DNA of 64,000 nt from Mollicutes bacterium (GCA_004552445.1 SFOJ01000007.1:9266-73265); one strand, 5' to 3'. Counted from the stretch's first letter, positions 36,063-47,355 are shown. The notes: generated by a model not told the origin, from the letters alone. Numbers and translations: made by a program.

Positions 36063-36614
36063 ATGTTTGATTATATTAAAGGTTTAGTTACTCGTACAGT
36101 AGCTAATTATGTTGTAATAGATTGTAATGGAGTTGGGTATAAAATATATACACCAAATCCATATAAATTTAAAGAGGGGGAAGAGTCTACTGCTTATGTG
36201 TATAATCATATTAGAGAAGATGAGAATGTTCTTTATGGTTTTACTACTGAAGATGAAAGAGAACTTTTCTTAAAATTAATTAGTGTTAAAGGACTTGGTC
36301 CTAAAATGGCTATGCCAATACTAGCAACAGGATCAATTAATGGTATAGTTGATGCGATAGATAGAGAAAATGTTTTATATCTTAAGAAATTTCCTAAGAT
36401 TGGCGAGAAAGTTGCGAGACAAATAATACTTGATTTAAAAGGCAAACTTGCTATGAGTGAAAATGATGTAAATAATACAACAGATGAATTAGTACTTGCA
36501 CTTGAAGCCTTAGGATATAAACCAGTTGATATTAAGAATGTTGTTATTAAAGTTGATAAGACTTTAAATATAGAAAGTCAGATTAAAGAGGCTTTAAAAT
36601 TATTATTAAAATAA
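36063..36614 (+). CDS. ruvA: Holliday junction branch migration protein RuvA
   Basis: It contains MFDYIKG, GVGY, LYGF, LISVKGLGPKMA and IGEKVARQIILDLKGK. Confidence 0.9.
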   Translation: MFDYIKGLVTRTVANYVVIDCNGVGYKIYTPNPYKFKEGEESTAYVYNHIREDENVLYGFTTEDERELFLKLISVKGLGPKMAMPILATGSINGIVDAIDRENVLYLKKFPKIGEKVARQIILDLKGKLAMSENDVNNTTDELVLALEALGYKPVDIKNVVIKVDKTLNIESQIKEALKLLLK

Positions 36615-36624
36615 GGAGTTTTTT

Positions 36625-37209
36625 ATGAGTAATATGGTAATTGGAATTGATATGGATGATACTATATGTTCTACTAATGAACGAATTATAGTTGAAGCAG
36701 ATAAATATGATAAAGAAGTTTTAGGTGGCACTGGAGTAAAAGATGTAAAGGCATATGAATTTAATGATATGTTAGGATGGGAACCTGAAATGAAAGGCCA
36801 ATTCTTTAAAGATAGACTTGAATATATAATGGGTGGTGCTGAAATTAAAGATGATGCTAAAAGAGTAATAAATAAATTGCATGATAAAGGTGCTAAAATA
36901 GTTATTATATCTTTTAGAAAAGCTAAATATATAAGTGATCCATATAAATTAACTAAAGATTGGTTGGATACTGAAGGTGTAAAATACGATAAAATATATG
37001 TTGATACTGGAAGTAAAGTAGATGAATGTTTACAAGAAAAAGTAACATTATTTATAGATGATAAAGAAAGTCATTGTGAAGAAGTAAACTCAGCGGGAAT
37101 AGATGTATTATTATTTACAAATGAATATAATAAGGAAGAAAATAGATTTACTAGAGTAAATAATTGGAATGAAGTAGAAAAATATATAGAGGAAAAATAT
37201 AATGGATGA
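36625..37209 (+). CDS. HAD-superfamily 5'(3')-deoxyribonucleotidase-like protein
   Basis: It contains IGIDMDDTI (DxDxT) and IDDK. It sits between ruvA and ruvB and overlaps the ruvB start. Confidence 0.55.
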   Translation: MSNMVIGIDMDDTICSTNERIIVEADKYDKEVLGGTGVKDVKAYEFNDMLGWEPEMKGQFFKDRLEYIMGGAEIKDDAKRVINKLHDKGAKIVIISFRKAKYISDPYKLTKDWLDTEGVKYDKIYVDTGSKVDECLQEKVTLFIDDKESHCEEVNSAGIDVLLFTNEYNKEENRFTRVNNWNEVEKYIEEKYNG

Positions 37210-38215
37210 GAGAATTGTAACTAATCATGAATTAGAAGCTGATGCTTTTGAAAAAACGATTAGACCAGATTCTTTTGATGAATATATTGGGCAAAGTGAT
37301 GTTAAAGAGAATATTAAAGTATTTGTAAAAGCTGCTAAATTAAGAGGTACAAATCTAGATCATGTTCTTCTATATGGACCTCCTGGTTTAGGTAAAACAA
37401 CTCTTGCTCATATAATTGCTAATGAACTTGGTACTAATATAAAGACTGCTAGTGGACCTACTATTGAAAAGAGTGGGGATCTTGCTGCTATACTTTCAAC
37501 ACTTGAACCAAATGATGTATTATTTATTGATGAAATTCATAGAATTCCTAGATATATAGAAGAAATTTTATATAGTGCGATGGAAGACTTTAAGTTAGAT
37601 ATAATTATTGGAGGAGAAGGACAAAGTCGTAGTATTAAGATTGATTTACCTCCATTCACTTTAATTGGAGCTACTACTCGTAGTGGAGATTTAAGTGCTC
37701 CTTTAAGAGACAGATTTGGTATTATGTGCAAACTTGAATTCTACAGTGATGAGGAACTTGCTTTAATAGTTAAGAGAAGTGCAAGAGTTCTTAATTTAGA
37801 TATTGAAGATGATGCTGCCCATGAGATAGCTATTAGGAGTAGAAAAACTCCTCGTATAGCAAACAGATTACTTAAAAGAGTTGGTGATTTTGCTTTAGTA
37901 GAAGGAGATGGTCTAATAACATTAGAGCTAGTTAAAAAAGCTCTTACAAGGCTTAAAATTAATGAATCAGGTTTAGATATAGCTGATGTTCAATATTTAA
38001 TGAGCATTATTGAAAAATTTAATGGTGGACCAGTAGGTATTGAAAGTATTGCTTCATCTATTGGTGAAGAAGCAACTACTATAGAAGATGTTATAGAGCC
38101 ATTCTTACTTCAAGAAGGATATGTTAAGAGAACTAGTAGAGGAAGAATAATAACAGAAAAAGCATATAGAGAATTTAAAATAAATAATCAAAGAACTTTA
38201 TTTGATATAGAATAA
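37202..38215 (+). CDS. ruvB: Holliday junction branch migration DNA helicase RuvB
   Basis: It contains [29 protein letters not shown] and [14 protein letters not shown]. Confidence 0.95.
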   Translation: MDERIVTNHELEADAFEKTIRPDSFDEYIGQSDVKENIKVFVKAAKLRGTNLDHVLLYGPPGLGKTTLAHIIANELGTNIKTASGPTIEKSGDLAAILSTLEPNDVLFIDEIHRIPRYIEEILYSAMEDFKLDIIIGGEGQSRSIKIDLPPFTLIGATTRSGDLSAPLRDRFGIMCKLEFYSDEELALIVKRSARVLNLDIEDDAAHEIAIRSRKTPRIANRLLKRVGDFALVEGDGLITLELVKKALTRLKINESGLDIADVQYLMSIIEKFNGGPVGIESIASSIGEEATTIEDVIEPFLLQEGYVKRTSRGRIITEKAYREFKINNQRTLFDIE

Positions 38216-38227
38216 ATTTAATAAATC

Positions 38228-38257
38228 AGAACTAATGTTTTCTAGTTCTTTTTTTTT
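38228..38257 (+). terminator. ruvB terminator
   Basis: AGAACTA...TAGTTCT is followed by T8. Confidence 0.7.
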
Positions 38258-38305
38258 ACAAAAATGTATATTAGTGTTATAATAACATCGTTTAAAGGGG
38301 AGAGT

Positions 38306-39169
38306 ATGTTTAATAATGTAACTATTACAAAAGATGGAAAAAAAGATATTATTGATATATCTGGAAGAAGATTTAACCAAGTTACTGAGCTTAGTGAAGA
38401 TGATCTATCTAGATTATTAAAGATTAATAGCGAATTATTTAAGTTTTATACTAATTGGTATCTTTTAGATGGAAATTTATTTTATTTTAAAACAGATTAT
38501 ATTTTTAATGAAATATTTTTAAGTGAACTTGCTCATGAATTTAATGTTAAATGTGTTCAGTTTATGTTTGCTAAAGATGGTAAGAATTTAGGAATTATAA
38601 GTAGAAATTTTAGAAAGAAAACATTTAATTATTATGATTATATTGAGTTTTGTAAATTGTTTTTTGGTGAAATTCCTAGTGATATTGAAACATTTAAATC
38701 ACATTTGTATGCAAAATTTGATAAAGAAAATGCTGATAAATTAATGGAACAAATATTTTCTTTAATTGCTTTTGATTTCTTTAGTGGTCAAAATGATAGA
38801 ACACATATAAATGTAACATTTGAAGAAAAAAATGGAAATGTATTACTTGCTCCTATGTGTGATAACGGTGTTGCTTTTCATATGGGTGATTTTAATACTT
38901 ATGTTTCATGTTTTGACAATTTATATTTCCCATACGATAACATTATTGATCCTTCACAATTGTATTTATTAAAACTTATAAGAGAAAATATTTTATTTTA
39001 TAATAAATTATCTAAAGCTTTAGATATAGATATTCATGAATTATTAGATAGAACATTAGAAAAATATAAAATTAGAATGTCAACTATTGATAAAATTAAG
39101 GTTAATGATTTTTTTGGTTCTAAGTGCGATGTTATTGAAAGGGCACTTATATATTCTAAAAAAATATAA
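38306..39169 (+). CDS. HipA-C-like kinase-fold protein (orphan)
   Basis: The start follows GGGGAG. FFSGQNDRTHINVTF...LAPMCDNG resembles the HipA catalytic loop (D.H..N ... LAP.YD). Confidence 0.35.
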   Translation: MFNNVTITKDGKKDIIDISGRRFNQVTELSEDDLSRLLKINSELFKFYTNWYLLDGNLFYFKTDYIFNEIFLSELAHEFNVKCVQFMFAKDGKNLGIISRNFRKKTFNYYDYIEFCKLFFGEIPSDIETFKSHLYAKFDKENADKLMEQIFSLIAFDFFSGQNDRTHINVTFEEKNGNVLLAPMCDNGVAFHMGDFNTYVSCFDNLYFPYDNIIDPSQLYLLKLIRENILFYNKLSKALDIDIHELLDRTLEKYKIRMSTIDKIKVNDFFGSKCDVIERALIYSKKI

Positions 39170-39188
39170 AAAAGTAATAGTTTTTCTA

Positions 39189-40049
39189 TTACTTTTTATA
39201 TAGTTCTTTTTTATAGTTATCAATTATTTCATTCATTAATGTTATATAGTCTTTGTTATCTTTTCTTTCATTATCTGTTAATGTGAATAGATTAGGTATA
39301 GTTATTTTAGTTAATGAATTGTCTGATATGAATTTATTTTGTCTATCAGTTAACTCATCGCCCTCTAAATAATATACATATTTTATTTGATTTGAAGTTA
39401 TCATTTTTTTAGCATCTGCGTATGCTTTATCAAGTGTTTCATTATTAGTATCTAATGATATAACATTTATATTATATTTTGTTAAGTAATTAAATACATC
39501 ATTTGTAACTAATAGTGTGTTAAAATTTCCATTTTTACCTATATTATAAAATAATACATCTAATCCTGAAACTTTTTCATTTAATTTTTTATAGTTATTT
39601 TCTATTGCTTCTTTTATGTATGGATTATCATTATATTCAATTAAACTTGATTTAATATTACTACAAAGCATTAAATAATTTGATGGGTCTAACCAAGTGC
39701 TTTCAAGTTTAGCATTTACATCCATTCCTTTGGTTGCATCTATTAATTTTAAGTCTTGATTTATATTTATCATATCTCTAGCTAAGTATGCTTCGTTTGC
39801 TATTCCTGCATATATAAATATTTCGCTATTTGCATAAATTTCTTTTTTCTTTTGAGTTACTTCGTATTTATTGGTAGCTCCATTTGGATAAACACTTTGC
39901 ACTTTAGCATAATCACTATATAATTCATTAGTAGCGTATTCTATTGGATACATGGTAGTGTATAAATATTTATCACTAAAATCATCACCAAATGTACATC
40001 CTGTCATAAATAATAAGCAGGTTAATACTGCTAAAATTGTTTTTTTCAT
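39189..40049 (-). CDS. Lipoprotein with a ZnuA/TroA-like solute-binding fold
   Basis: The lipobox is LLFMTGC. The overall pattern follows cluster-9 SBPs, but the usual His metal ligands are not evident (NKYE where PHxYE is expected). Confidence 0.4.
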   Translation of the reverse strand: MKKTILAVLTCLLFMTGCTFGDDFSDKYLYTTMYPIEYATNELYSDYAKVQSVYPNGATNKYEVTQKKKEIYANSEIFIYAGIANEAYLARDMININQDLKLIDATKGMDVNAKLESTWLDPSNYLMLCSNIKSSLIEYNDNPYIKEAIENNYKKLNEKVSGLDVLFYNIGKNGNFNTLLVTNDVFNYLTKYNINVISLDTNNETLDKAYADAKKMITSNQIKYVYYLEGDELTDRQNKFISDNSLTKITIPNLFTLTDNERKDNKDYITLMNEIIDNYKKELYKK

Positions 40050-40264
40050 AAATCTTCTCCTTTAGTTACGGGGTCATATCCAAACTTTCCAAAGGGATGA
40101 CACCTTAATATTCTTTTTATTCCTTTATTAATTCCCTTTAATCCATATATTTTCAAACATTCTTTCATATATTCACTGCATGTTGGTGTAAATCTGCACA
40201 TAGAGTGACAATGAAGAGGTGTAACTTGATATATATCAATTAACTTAATTAAAAAATTCTTCAT
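40046..40264 (-). CDS. yidD: Membrane protein insertion efficiency factor YidD
   Basis: It contains [10 protein letters not shown] and [11 protein letters not shown]. Confidence 0.85.
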   Translation of the reverse strand: MKNFLIKLIDIYQVTPLHCHSMCRFTPTCSEYMKECLKIYGLKGINKGIKRILRCHPFGKFGYDPVTKGEDL

Positions 40265-40350
40265 ATAAATATTATATAATATTATTTGGTAAAAATAAAT
40301 ATCAAATGGTTAAATTATATGTTATACTAGACATAAGAGTAGAGGTTGTT

Positions 40351-40773
40351 ATGAGTTATAAATGTTATAATTGTGGTAAGAAATTTGATGAAGATATTGA
40401 ATCATGTGATAAATGTGGTGCAAAAAAGGTAAAGTTTAATTCTAATGAATTAAGTTCTAACATAATTAGTTCTAATAAATTAGATAGTAGTAGTGATGAA
40501 GTTGATAATCACAATTTTTCATTTGTTCCAATATTTGTTGTTGCTAATATTGGTTGTTTAGTTTTATCATTTATTTCATTTCCAAATTTACATTATGTTT
40601 TTTTGTTTATTGGAATTGCTTTTGTTTGCGCTGGAATAGGCAAGTTAGTATATCCTACAAGTAAAATAATATATTACATGTTTCGAATTGAAATAACATT
40701 ATTATTTTGGTTTGTAATTGCAATCTATTATCTTATTAAAGGACTCATATTAAGGTTGGATAGTAGCCGCTAG
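40351..40773 (+). CDS. Zinc-ribbon membrane protein
   Basis: It has CYNCG...CDKCG followed by three TM helices. Confidence 0.5.
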   Translation: MSYKCYNCGKKFDEDIESCDKCGAKKVKFNSNELSSNIISSNKLDSSSDEVDNHNFSFVPIFVVANIGCLVLSFISFPNLHYVFLFIGIAFVCAGIGKLVYPTSKIIYYMFRIEITLLFWFVIAIYYLIKGLILRLDSSR

Positions 40774-40815
40774 AAAATATTTTAATTTTATGTTATAATT
40801 TTTGGAGTGATGACT

Positions 40816-41463
40816 ATGAAAGATATATTTAAAAAGTTTAATATAGAAATTAAGAATGAAGATTTATTAAGAGTTGCTTTAACTCATTCTAGTTATTCTA
40901 ATGAACATGGATGTGAATGTTATGAAAGATTAGAATATTTAGGTGATGCTGTTTTAGAAATAGTATGTAGTGATTATTTATTTAAAAATACTAGTTATCC
41001 TGAAGGAGAGATGAGTAGACTTAGAAGTTTATATGTATGTGAAAATGCATTATATGAATATTCTAAAGAAATAAATCTTAAAGATTATATATATTTGGGT
41101 AATGGAATAAATGAAGCTAATAAAACTATAATAGCGGATGTATTTGAGGCTTGTATGGCTGTTATATATTTAGAACAAGGGCTTGATACTGTTAAAAAAT
41201 TATTTCATGATATGATTGTTCCTTATATTGAAAATCATGAAGACTTTTTAATGGATTATAAAAGTTTACTTCAAGAAAGTGTTCAAACTGTTAAGAAAAG
41301 TGTTACTTATAACTTAATTGAAGAAAGTGGACCTGCACACCATAAAGAATTTAAAGTAGAAGTTATAATAGATGGACTTGTATATGGTATAGGAATAGGC
41401 AATTCTAAAAAAGAAGCTGAACAAGATGCTGCTAAAAAAGCATATATGAAAAGAGCAAAGTAA
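40816..41463 (+). CDS. rnc: Ribonuclease III
   Basis: It contains ERLEYLGDAVLE and a C-terminal dsRBD (GPAHHKEFKVEV...GNSKKEAEQDAAKKA). Confidence 0.9.
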   Translation: MKDIFKKFNIEIKNEDLLRVALTHSSYSNEHGCECYERLEYLGDAVLEIVCSDYLFKNTSYPEGEMSRLRSLYVCENALYEYSKEINLKDYIYLGNGINEANKTIIADVFEACMAVIYLEQGLDTVKKLFHDMIVPYIENHEDFLMDYKSLLQESVQTVKKSVTYNLIEESGPAHHKEFKVEVIIDGLVYGIGIGNSKKEAEQDAAKKAYMKRAK

Positions 41464-41555
41464 GATAAAATGGTATAAAAGTTACCATTTTTCTTTTTAA
41501 TAAAAAAAAATTATGATATAATGATTAAGAGATTAAAAATAGAAGTGGTGATATT

Positions 41556-44486
41556 ATGTACATAAAAGAAATTAGACTACATGGATTTAAGAGTTTTGCT
41601 GATAAAACAGTTATTGAATTAAATCAATCATTTACTGGTATAGTTGGACCTAATGGTTCAGGTAAAAGCAACATTGTTGATGCTATTAGATGGGTGCTTG
41701 GAGAGCAAAGTATTAAAACCCTTCGTGGTAGTAATAATATGGCAGATGTAGTATTTACTGGTTCTTCTTCTAGACCTGCTTCTAATTTTGCATCTGTTAT
41801 GATTGTGTTTGATAATAGTGATAGAACTTTAAATATAGATTATGCTGAAGTATCTGTTAAGAGAGTTGTATATAAAACAGGAGAGAATGAGTATTATATA
41901 AACTCTGAAAAATGTAGACTTAAAGATATTACAAATTTATTTATGGATTCAAGAAGTAGTAAAGAATCATTTAATATCGTACCACAAAATAAAATAGACC
42001 AAATATTAAGTGAAAAACCAGAAGAAAGAAGAGTTATATTTGAAGATGCTGCTGGTGTACTAAAATATAAAAAAAGAAAAGAAGAAAGTCTTTTAAAATT
42101 ATCTAAAACTCATGATAATATTGAAAGAATTAATTTAATAATTAGTGAAAATTCTGAAAACTTATTACCACTTGAAGAAGCTGCCAGAAAAGCTCGTGAA
42201 TATAAAGAAGCTTTAAGTGAACTTGAAAATGTTGAAATTGCTTTAATTGCCAAAGACATTACTACTTTTAGTAGTGAAGTTGAGATTAAAAAGAATAAAA
42301 AACTAAAACTTGAAGAAGAATTATCTAAATTAAATAGTAATTCTACAAGTGATAATACTGAAGTTGAAAAAGTTAAACTTGATATATTAAATCTTGATGA
42401 AAAAATTAAAAAAACAAGTTCTGAAATATTTAAAATTAATGAAACTTTGCTTGATTTAAGTAATAAAAAAACTTTGATGACTGAACGTAATAAATATGAT
42501 AAAACTTCTGAAGCAGTCAAAAATAATATTATTAAACTTAAGGATAGAGAAGGTGAACTTAAAAATAATATTTCTGTTATAAATGTAGATATTGAATCTT
42601 TAAATAATAATAGAATAATTATTAAAGACAAACTTGATAGTTTGACTAAAGATTATAATACATTGAATACTACACGTGAGAAGTATAATTTTGAATTAAA
42701 TCAAAAACGCAAAAACTTAATGGAAGTTAAAAATAAAATTGACGTACTTGAAAATAATATAGCAAGTATGAATAAAATTCCTTATAGTGTTCGCTCAATC
42801 ATAGATAATCCAACTCTTAGAGGTATTCATAATATATTAGGTAATTTAGTTGATACTAAGGATGAATATGTATCAATGTTAGAGGTTGCTCTTGGTGCCT
42901 CATCAAACAATATAGTTGTTAATGATGAAGCATGTGCTAAAGAAGCTATTGAATATTTAAAGAGTCATAACAAAGGAAGAGCAACATTTTTTCCACTTAA
43001 TGTAATAAAACCAAAAAGTGTAGATCCAGAAACATTAAGAATAGTAGAAAATATAATTGGTTTTGTAGGTATCGCGAGTGATTTAGTTACATATGATTCT
43101 AAATATTATAATATAGTTATGAATCAACTTGGAAATATTATTGTTGCTGGTAATATTACTACTGCGATACAAATAAGTAAAAAGATAAATCATAGATATA
43201 GAGTAATATCACTTGATGGTGAACTTATACATGTTGGTGGTATTATGACAGGTGGTAGTTTAAAGACATCAAATTCATTTATAAGTGATAAATATGAACT
43301 TGAAAAACTTAAATTAAGTACTGAAGCTTTGGTAAATGATATAAGAGAAAATGAAAAGAAAGTCTTATCCTATGAAGATGATCTAAATATAATTAAGGAT
43401 AATATTTATAAACTTAATATAGAACTTGTAACTAATAATGAAACAGTTAATTCTAAAAAAATACAACTTGATAATATAACTAATGAATATAATATGGTTT
43501 TAAATGAAATTAATAATTTAAGTGAAAATAATTTAGATAAAGAACTTAATAGGGTAATTGAAGATTATTATAATCATGAACAAGAAAAAACACTTCTTGA
43601 AAAGAATTTAGAGATTTATAATAAAGAAAGATTTGATCTTAATAATACTTTAAATGAACTTGAAGCTGCTATTAAGAAAATGAATAGTGAATATAATAAC
43701 TTATCTAGTGAGATAAATAGTTTAGAATTGGATATTACCAAACTTGATATGTCTCTTGATAGTTTACTTACTAGACTTAGTGAAGATTATAGTTTAGGTT
43801 ATGAAAGAGCAAGTAAAGAATATGTTCTTGAGATTGATGAAGATGTTGCTCGTAGTAAAGTATCAATATTAAGGCGTAAAATTAAATCTCTTGGAGATGT
43901 TAATTTAGGAAGTATAGAAGAGTATGAGAGAATATCTACTAGAGTTAATTTCTTAAATAAACAAAAGGAAGATTTAGAAAAGAGTGAAACGGATTTATTA
44001 ACTATTATTGATGATATGGATGATGTTATGAAAGATAAATTTGAAGAGTCATTTAATAATATTAATATAGAATTTGGAAAAGTATTTAAAACATTATTTA
44101 AGGGTGGAAGTGCACATCTAGAGTTAACTGATCCTAATAATATTCTTGAAACTGGTATAGATATTATTGCTATACCTCCAGGAAAAAACCAAAAACCACT
44201 TAGTTTACTTTCTGGTGGTGAGAGAACTATGACGGCAATTAGTTTATTATTCTCAATTATGAATCTTGAAAAAGTACCATTTGTAATACTAGATGAGGTT
44301 GAGAGTGCACTTGATGAAAATAATGCTACTATATTTGGAGAATATTTACATAATTATAAAAATAGAACTCAATTACTTGTTATAACACATAAAAAGAAAA
44401 CAATGGAATTCTTAGATAGATTATATGGTGTTACAATGCAAGAGAGTGGTGTTAGTAAATTAGTTAGTGTAAAACTTGATAATTAG
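41556..44486 (+). CDS. smc: Chromosome segregation protein SMC
   Basis: It contains GPNGSGKSNIVDAIRWVLGEQS, long coiled coils, a hinge, LSGGERTMTAISLLF and ILDEVESALD. Confidence 0.95.
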   Translation: MYIKEIRLHGFKSFADKTVIELNQSFTGIVGPNGSGKSNIVDAIRWVLGEQSIKTLRGSNNMADVVFTGSSSRPASNFASVMIVFDNSDRTLNIDYAEVSVKRVVYKTGENEYYINSEKCRLKDITNLFMDSRSSKESFNIVPQNKIDQILSEKPEERRVIFEDAAGVLKYKKRKEESLLKLSKTHDNIERINLIISENSENLLPLEEAARKAREYKEALSELENVEIALIAKDITTFSSEVEIKKNKKLKLEEELSKLNSNSTSDNTEVEKVKLDILNLDEKIKKTSSEIFKINETLLDLSNKKTLMTERNKYDKTSEAVKNNIIKLKDREGELKNNISVINVDIESLNNNRIIIKDKLDSLTKDYNTLNTTREKYNFELNQKRKNLMEVKNKIDVLENNIASMNKIPYSVRSIIDNPTLRGIHNILGNLVDTKDEYVSMLEVALGASSNNIVVNDEACAKEAIEYLKSHNKGRATFFPLNVIKPKSVDPETLRIVENIIGFVGIASDLVTYDSKYYNIVMNQLGNIIVAGNITTAIQISKKINHRYRVISLDGELIHVGGIMTGGSLKTSNSFISDKYELEKLKLSTEALVNDIRENEKKVLSYEDDLNIIKDNIYKLNIELVTNNETVNSKKIQLDNITNEYNMVLNEINNLSENNLDKELNRVIEDYYNHEQEKTLLEKNLEIYNKERFDLNNTLNELEAAIKKMNSEYNNLSSEINSLELDITKLDMSLDSLLTRLSEDYSLGYERASKEYVLEIDEDVARSKVSILRRKIKSLGDVNLGSIEEYERISTRVNFLNKQKEDLEKSETDLLTIIDDMDDVMKDKFEESFNNINIEFGKVFKTLFKGGSAHLELTDPNNILETGIDIIAIPPGKNQKPLSLLSGGERTMTAISLLFSIMNLEKVPFVILDEVESALDENNATIFGEYLHNYKNRTQLLVITHKKKTMEFLDRLYGVTMQESGVSKLVSVKLDN

Positions 44487-44529
44487 TTTCACTAACTTTT
44501 TTATTGCAAAAAAAATAAGACTTAATGTC

Positions 44530-45441
44530 TTATTTAGTTATTACTATTTCTGTTACGTTATTTTTAACTGTTAATTTTTCAATTGATGTAACATCTTTAT
44601 TAATAGTAATTTTTATATTTTCAAATTGTTGGTTTGAATTTAAATCTTTAATATTTGTATTGAATTTAATAAGAGTTTCTTCGTTAGTTAATATTTTAAT
44701 TACATTTGATACTGAAATATAATTATTATTGTTTTGATTAGTATCAACTATATATATTGTATATTCTTTAGTATTTTCTGTTACATATAAAGTAATTGTA
44801 TCTTTTTGAATTAATGATTCTTTTTGTGTAGTTAAATCATTTTTTAATGTATTTAAATCTTCTTCGTTTATTGATACTATTGTGTTTTCTGTATTATTTT
44901 CATTATTTTTAATTCCATCTATAATTGATTTATTTATGTCTATATATATTTCATTTCCATTTGTTACACTTTTAATTTGAACTCCTTCTAAAATAGTTGT
45001 GTTAAAGAAGTCTTCTAATTTGTATCTATTAAATACTTCTCCTTCTGTGTGACCATTTACTATTGAAACAGATTCAATCATTGATTTAATAATTAAGTTT
45101 GCTGTTGCTTCATCTGCTGTACTATATTTCATATATAATACTTTTTCTGAAGCTATATTTTGATAATCAAATGTGAATGATGCTGTTGCTCCTGAAGTTT
45201 TATAATTAACAACTATTTGAGTTTCTTTTATTTCTGCACTAATATCAATTCCTGCTTTTTTATATGCTTCTAATCCTTTTAAATTGTTAAATTTTTCAAC
45301 TATAGGTTTTAAATTATGCCTTACTTCTCCTTTAATTCCATGTCCATTTAAATAGGAATAATATCCAAATCCTGCTAAGCTTAAAACTACTATCCAGATA
45401 ATTCCCCAAAATATTAATCTTGTTTTATTTCCCTTTTTCAT
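44530..45441 (-). CDS. Membrane-anchored hypothetical protein
   Basis: It has an N-terminal TM helix. No family was recognised. Confidence 0.45.
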   Translation of the reverse strand: MKKGNKTRLIFWGIIWIVVLSLAGFGYYSYLNGHGIKGEVRHNLKPIVEKFNNLKGLEAYKKAGIDISAEIKETQIVVNYKTSGATASFTFDYQNIASEKVLYMKYSTADEATANLIIKSMIESVSIVNGHTEGEVFNRYKLEDFFNTTILEGVQIKSVTNGNEIYIDINKSIIDGIKNNENNTENTIVSINEEDLNTLKNDLTTQKESLIQKDTITLYVTENTKEYTIYIVDTNQNNNNYISVSNVIKILTNEETLIKFNTNIKDLNSNQQFENIKITINKDVTSIEKLTVKNNVTEIVITK

Positions 45442-45509
45442 ATATCTTATCTCCTAGAATAATTATAAACAAAATAATAAGAAAAGTAAACAAATTATTT
45501 TATTATAAT

Positions 45510-46325
45510 TTACATCACTTCTTTTATTTTAGTTATTATCATTTCTATACATTCTTCAATTATAGTGTCAAGTTCATTTTTAGTAAAAAGACAATATTTA
45601 TGTTTGAATATTTTTTCATATAAACTTAATTTATTAAACTTAGTAAATTCATTATTTAAATAGTAAAATCTATGATCAATAAGCTCATCAGTAAGAAAGT
45701 TATCTTTTAGATATTTAGAATTTTCTTTTATTAACTCTTTATTTTTTGGAATAGAAACATAACCATCATTAAATAAGTATTTACCATATAATTCAAAGTC
45801 TTTATGTTTATATTTCCTTTTTAATCTTTTTTTATCTTCAATATCTATTTTTAATATTTTATTATTAAATTTTATTCCAATTATATTATTATTTTTATTT
45901 TGTATCCATTTAGTGGTATAAATCTTTTCATTATAAAATTGGTCTGTTAGTAGATGAGAGTAGTATCCTAGTATTAAATGGTTATTTAGTTTATCTTTAT
46001 ATGTATTTAAGAATTTATCTATATCTATCATTTTTTCTTGTGGAACAGTTGGAAAGGGTAGTTCTTCATTATAAAAATGTGCATCGTATCTTGATATTTT
46101 AGTTCCTTTATCTACATCTGGTATTAAGTTTCCATATAAAAATAAGTCTTCGTTAAGTTTTAATTTTGTATTTGCTTTTTTAGCAATAGCTAAATGTACT
46201 GACCAACTTGGCATATAATCAACTCCTAGTTTACTATATATGATTATATCATTTATTATGCAAAGTAAAAAACTCATAAAGAGTTTTTTACGTAAAATAT
46301 TTTTTATTGTTTTTAATTCTGTCAT
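45510..46325 (-). CDS. Hypothetical protein (possibly zinc phospholipase C-like fold); start uncertain
   Basis: WSVHLAIAKKA...GNLIPDVD...HLLTDQ is a His/Asp pattern. It overlaps the upstream glycosyltransferase gene by 38 nt. Confidence 0.3.
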   Translation of the reverse strand: MTELKTIKNILRKKLFMSFLLCIINDIIIYSKLGVDYMPSWSVHLAIAKKANTKLKLNEDLFLYGNLIPDVDKGTKISRYDAHFYNEELPFPTVPQEKMIDIDKFLNTYKDKLNNHLILGYYSHLLTDQFYNEKIYTTKWIQNKNNNIIGIKFNNKILKIDIEDKKRLKRKYKHKDFELYGKYLFNDGYVSIPKNKELIKENSKYLKDNFLTDELIDHRFYYLNNEFTKFNKLSLYEKIFKHKYCLFTKNELDTIIEECIEMIITKIKEVM

Positions 46326-47355
46326 TATTTGGGTTTATTTTAAGTGCTTTGTTTAAATACTTGAGCCCTTCTTTTTTGTTTCCAATCATGTAATAATTTA
46401 TACTCATTATATCGTAGATTGTTTCATTCCAACTGTGTTCTGAATTTATGTATGAATATACTCTTGCTTTTATTTTTAATGCTTTCTTTCCATATTTAAT
46501 ACTTTCTTCATAGTTTTTTAGGTTATATTCTAGTATCATTCTTTCAGTGAAAGCATCTCTTAAATAGGGTGCTTCTGCCATTGCTTTATCTAACCACATG
46601 CGAGCTTCATCATATCTTTTTAATTTTATGTATGAAGCAGCGATAAATCTCATAGATGCACATCTTTCATCTTTCCATGTTGCAGAAGGAAGAGATAAAT
46701 GCTTTATTAGAGTGTCTATACATTCATTCCATTTTCCATAGTACATATATTCTCTTCCTAAATAGTGCATGTTTCTGTCATCAGTTGGATCTTCTTTAAT
46801 AGATAGTTCCAGAAGAGGAAGATAACTGCTTCTTGATTTAGTTGAGTCTGGGTAATGATTAATTATTATATTGTCTGTTGTTAGAGAAAATTCTTCTTTT
46901 AATTGAGTTAGTATTTCATGAACTGGATGAGTCCATTTATAGTAACCATTCTTGTGTATTTTATTAGCATAAAAACTTATTATTGGTTTATTATTTTCAT
47001 CAAGACTCCAGTTATATTTATAGTTTATTCTTGTTATTTTATCATTCCATATTTTATGTAGTTCTTCTTTCCATCCAGGTAACATTATTTCATCTAAGTC
47101 TAAACATATACATATGTCTGCGTCTTTTGGTATTAATTTCATTGATTCGTTACGGGCTACGTCAAATCTCCATGGTTTTATTATTTTTTGTTTAACTTTT
47201 ATATTTAATTTTTTTAATATTTCTAAGCTATCGTCTTCTGATCCTGTGTCTAGAACACATATATAGTCAGCTCCTTTTATTGATTCATACCATCTTTTAA
47301 TGAATTTTGATTCATTTTTACAAATAGCATAAATACATACTTTATATTTTTTCAT
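46288..47355 (-). CDS. Family-2-like glycosyltransferase fused to TPR repeats
   Basis: It contains VCIYAICKNE, CVLDTGSEDDS and LDLDE (DxD), with TPR-like repeats in the C-terminal half. Its ATG shares one base with the collagen gene stop (TAATG). Confidence 0.6.
   Translation of the reverse strand: MKKYKVCIYAICKNESKFIKRWYESIKGADYICVLDTGSEDDSLEILKKLNIKVKQKIIKPWRFDVARNESMKLIPKDADICICLDLDEIMLPGWKEELHKIWNDKITRINYKYNWSLDENNKPIISFYANKIHKNGYYKWTHPVHEILTQLKEEFSLTTDNIIINHYPDSTKSRSSYLPLLELSIKEDPTDDRNMHYLGREYMYYGKWNECIDTLIKHLSLPSATWKDERCASMRFIAASYIKLKRYDEARMWLDKAMAEAPYLRDAFTERMILEYNLKNYEESIKYGKKALKIKARVYSYINSEHSWNETIYDIMSINYYMIGNKKEGLKYLNKALKINPNNDRIKNNKKYFT

Noticed and set aside
42110-42631. 173-aa minus-strand ORF inside smc
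   Set aside because: It is antisense to the SMC coiled-coil region. Its Ser/Leu-rich low complexity mirrors the Glu/Lys-rich sense strand.
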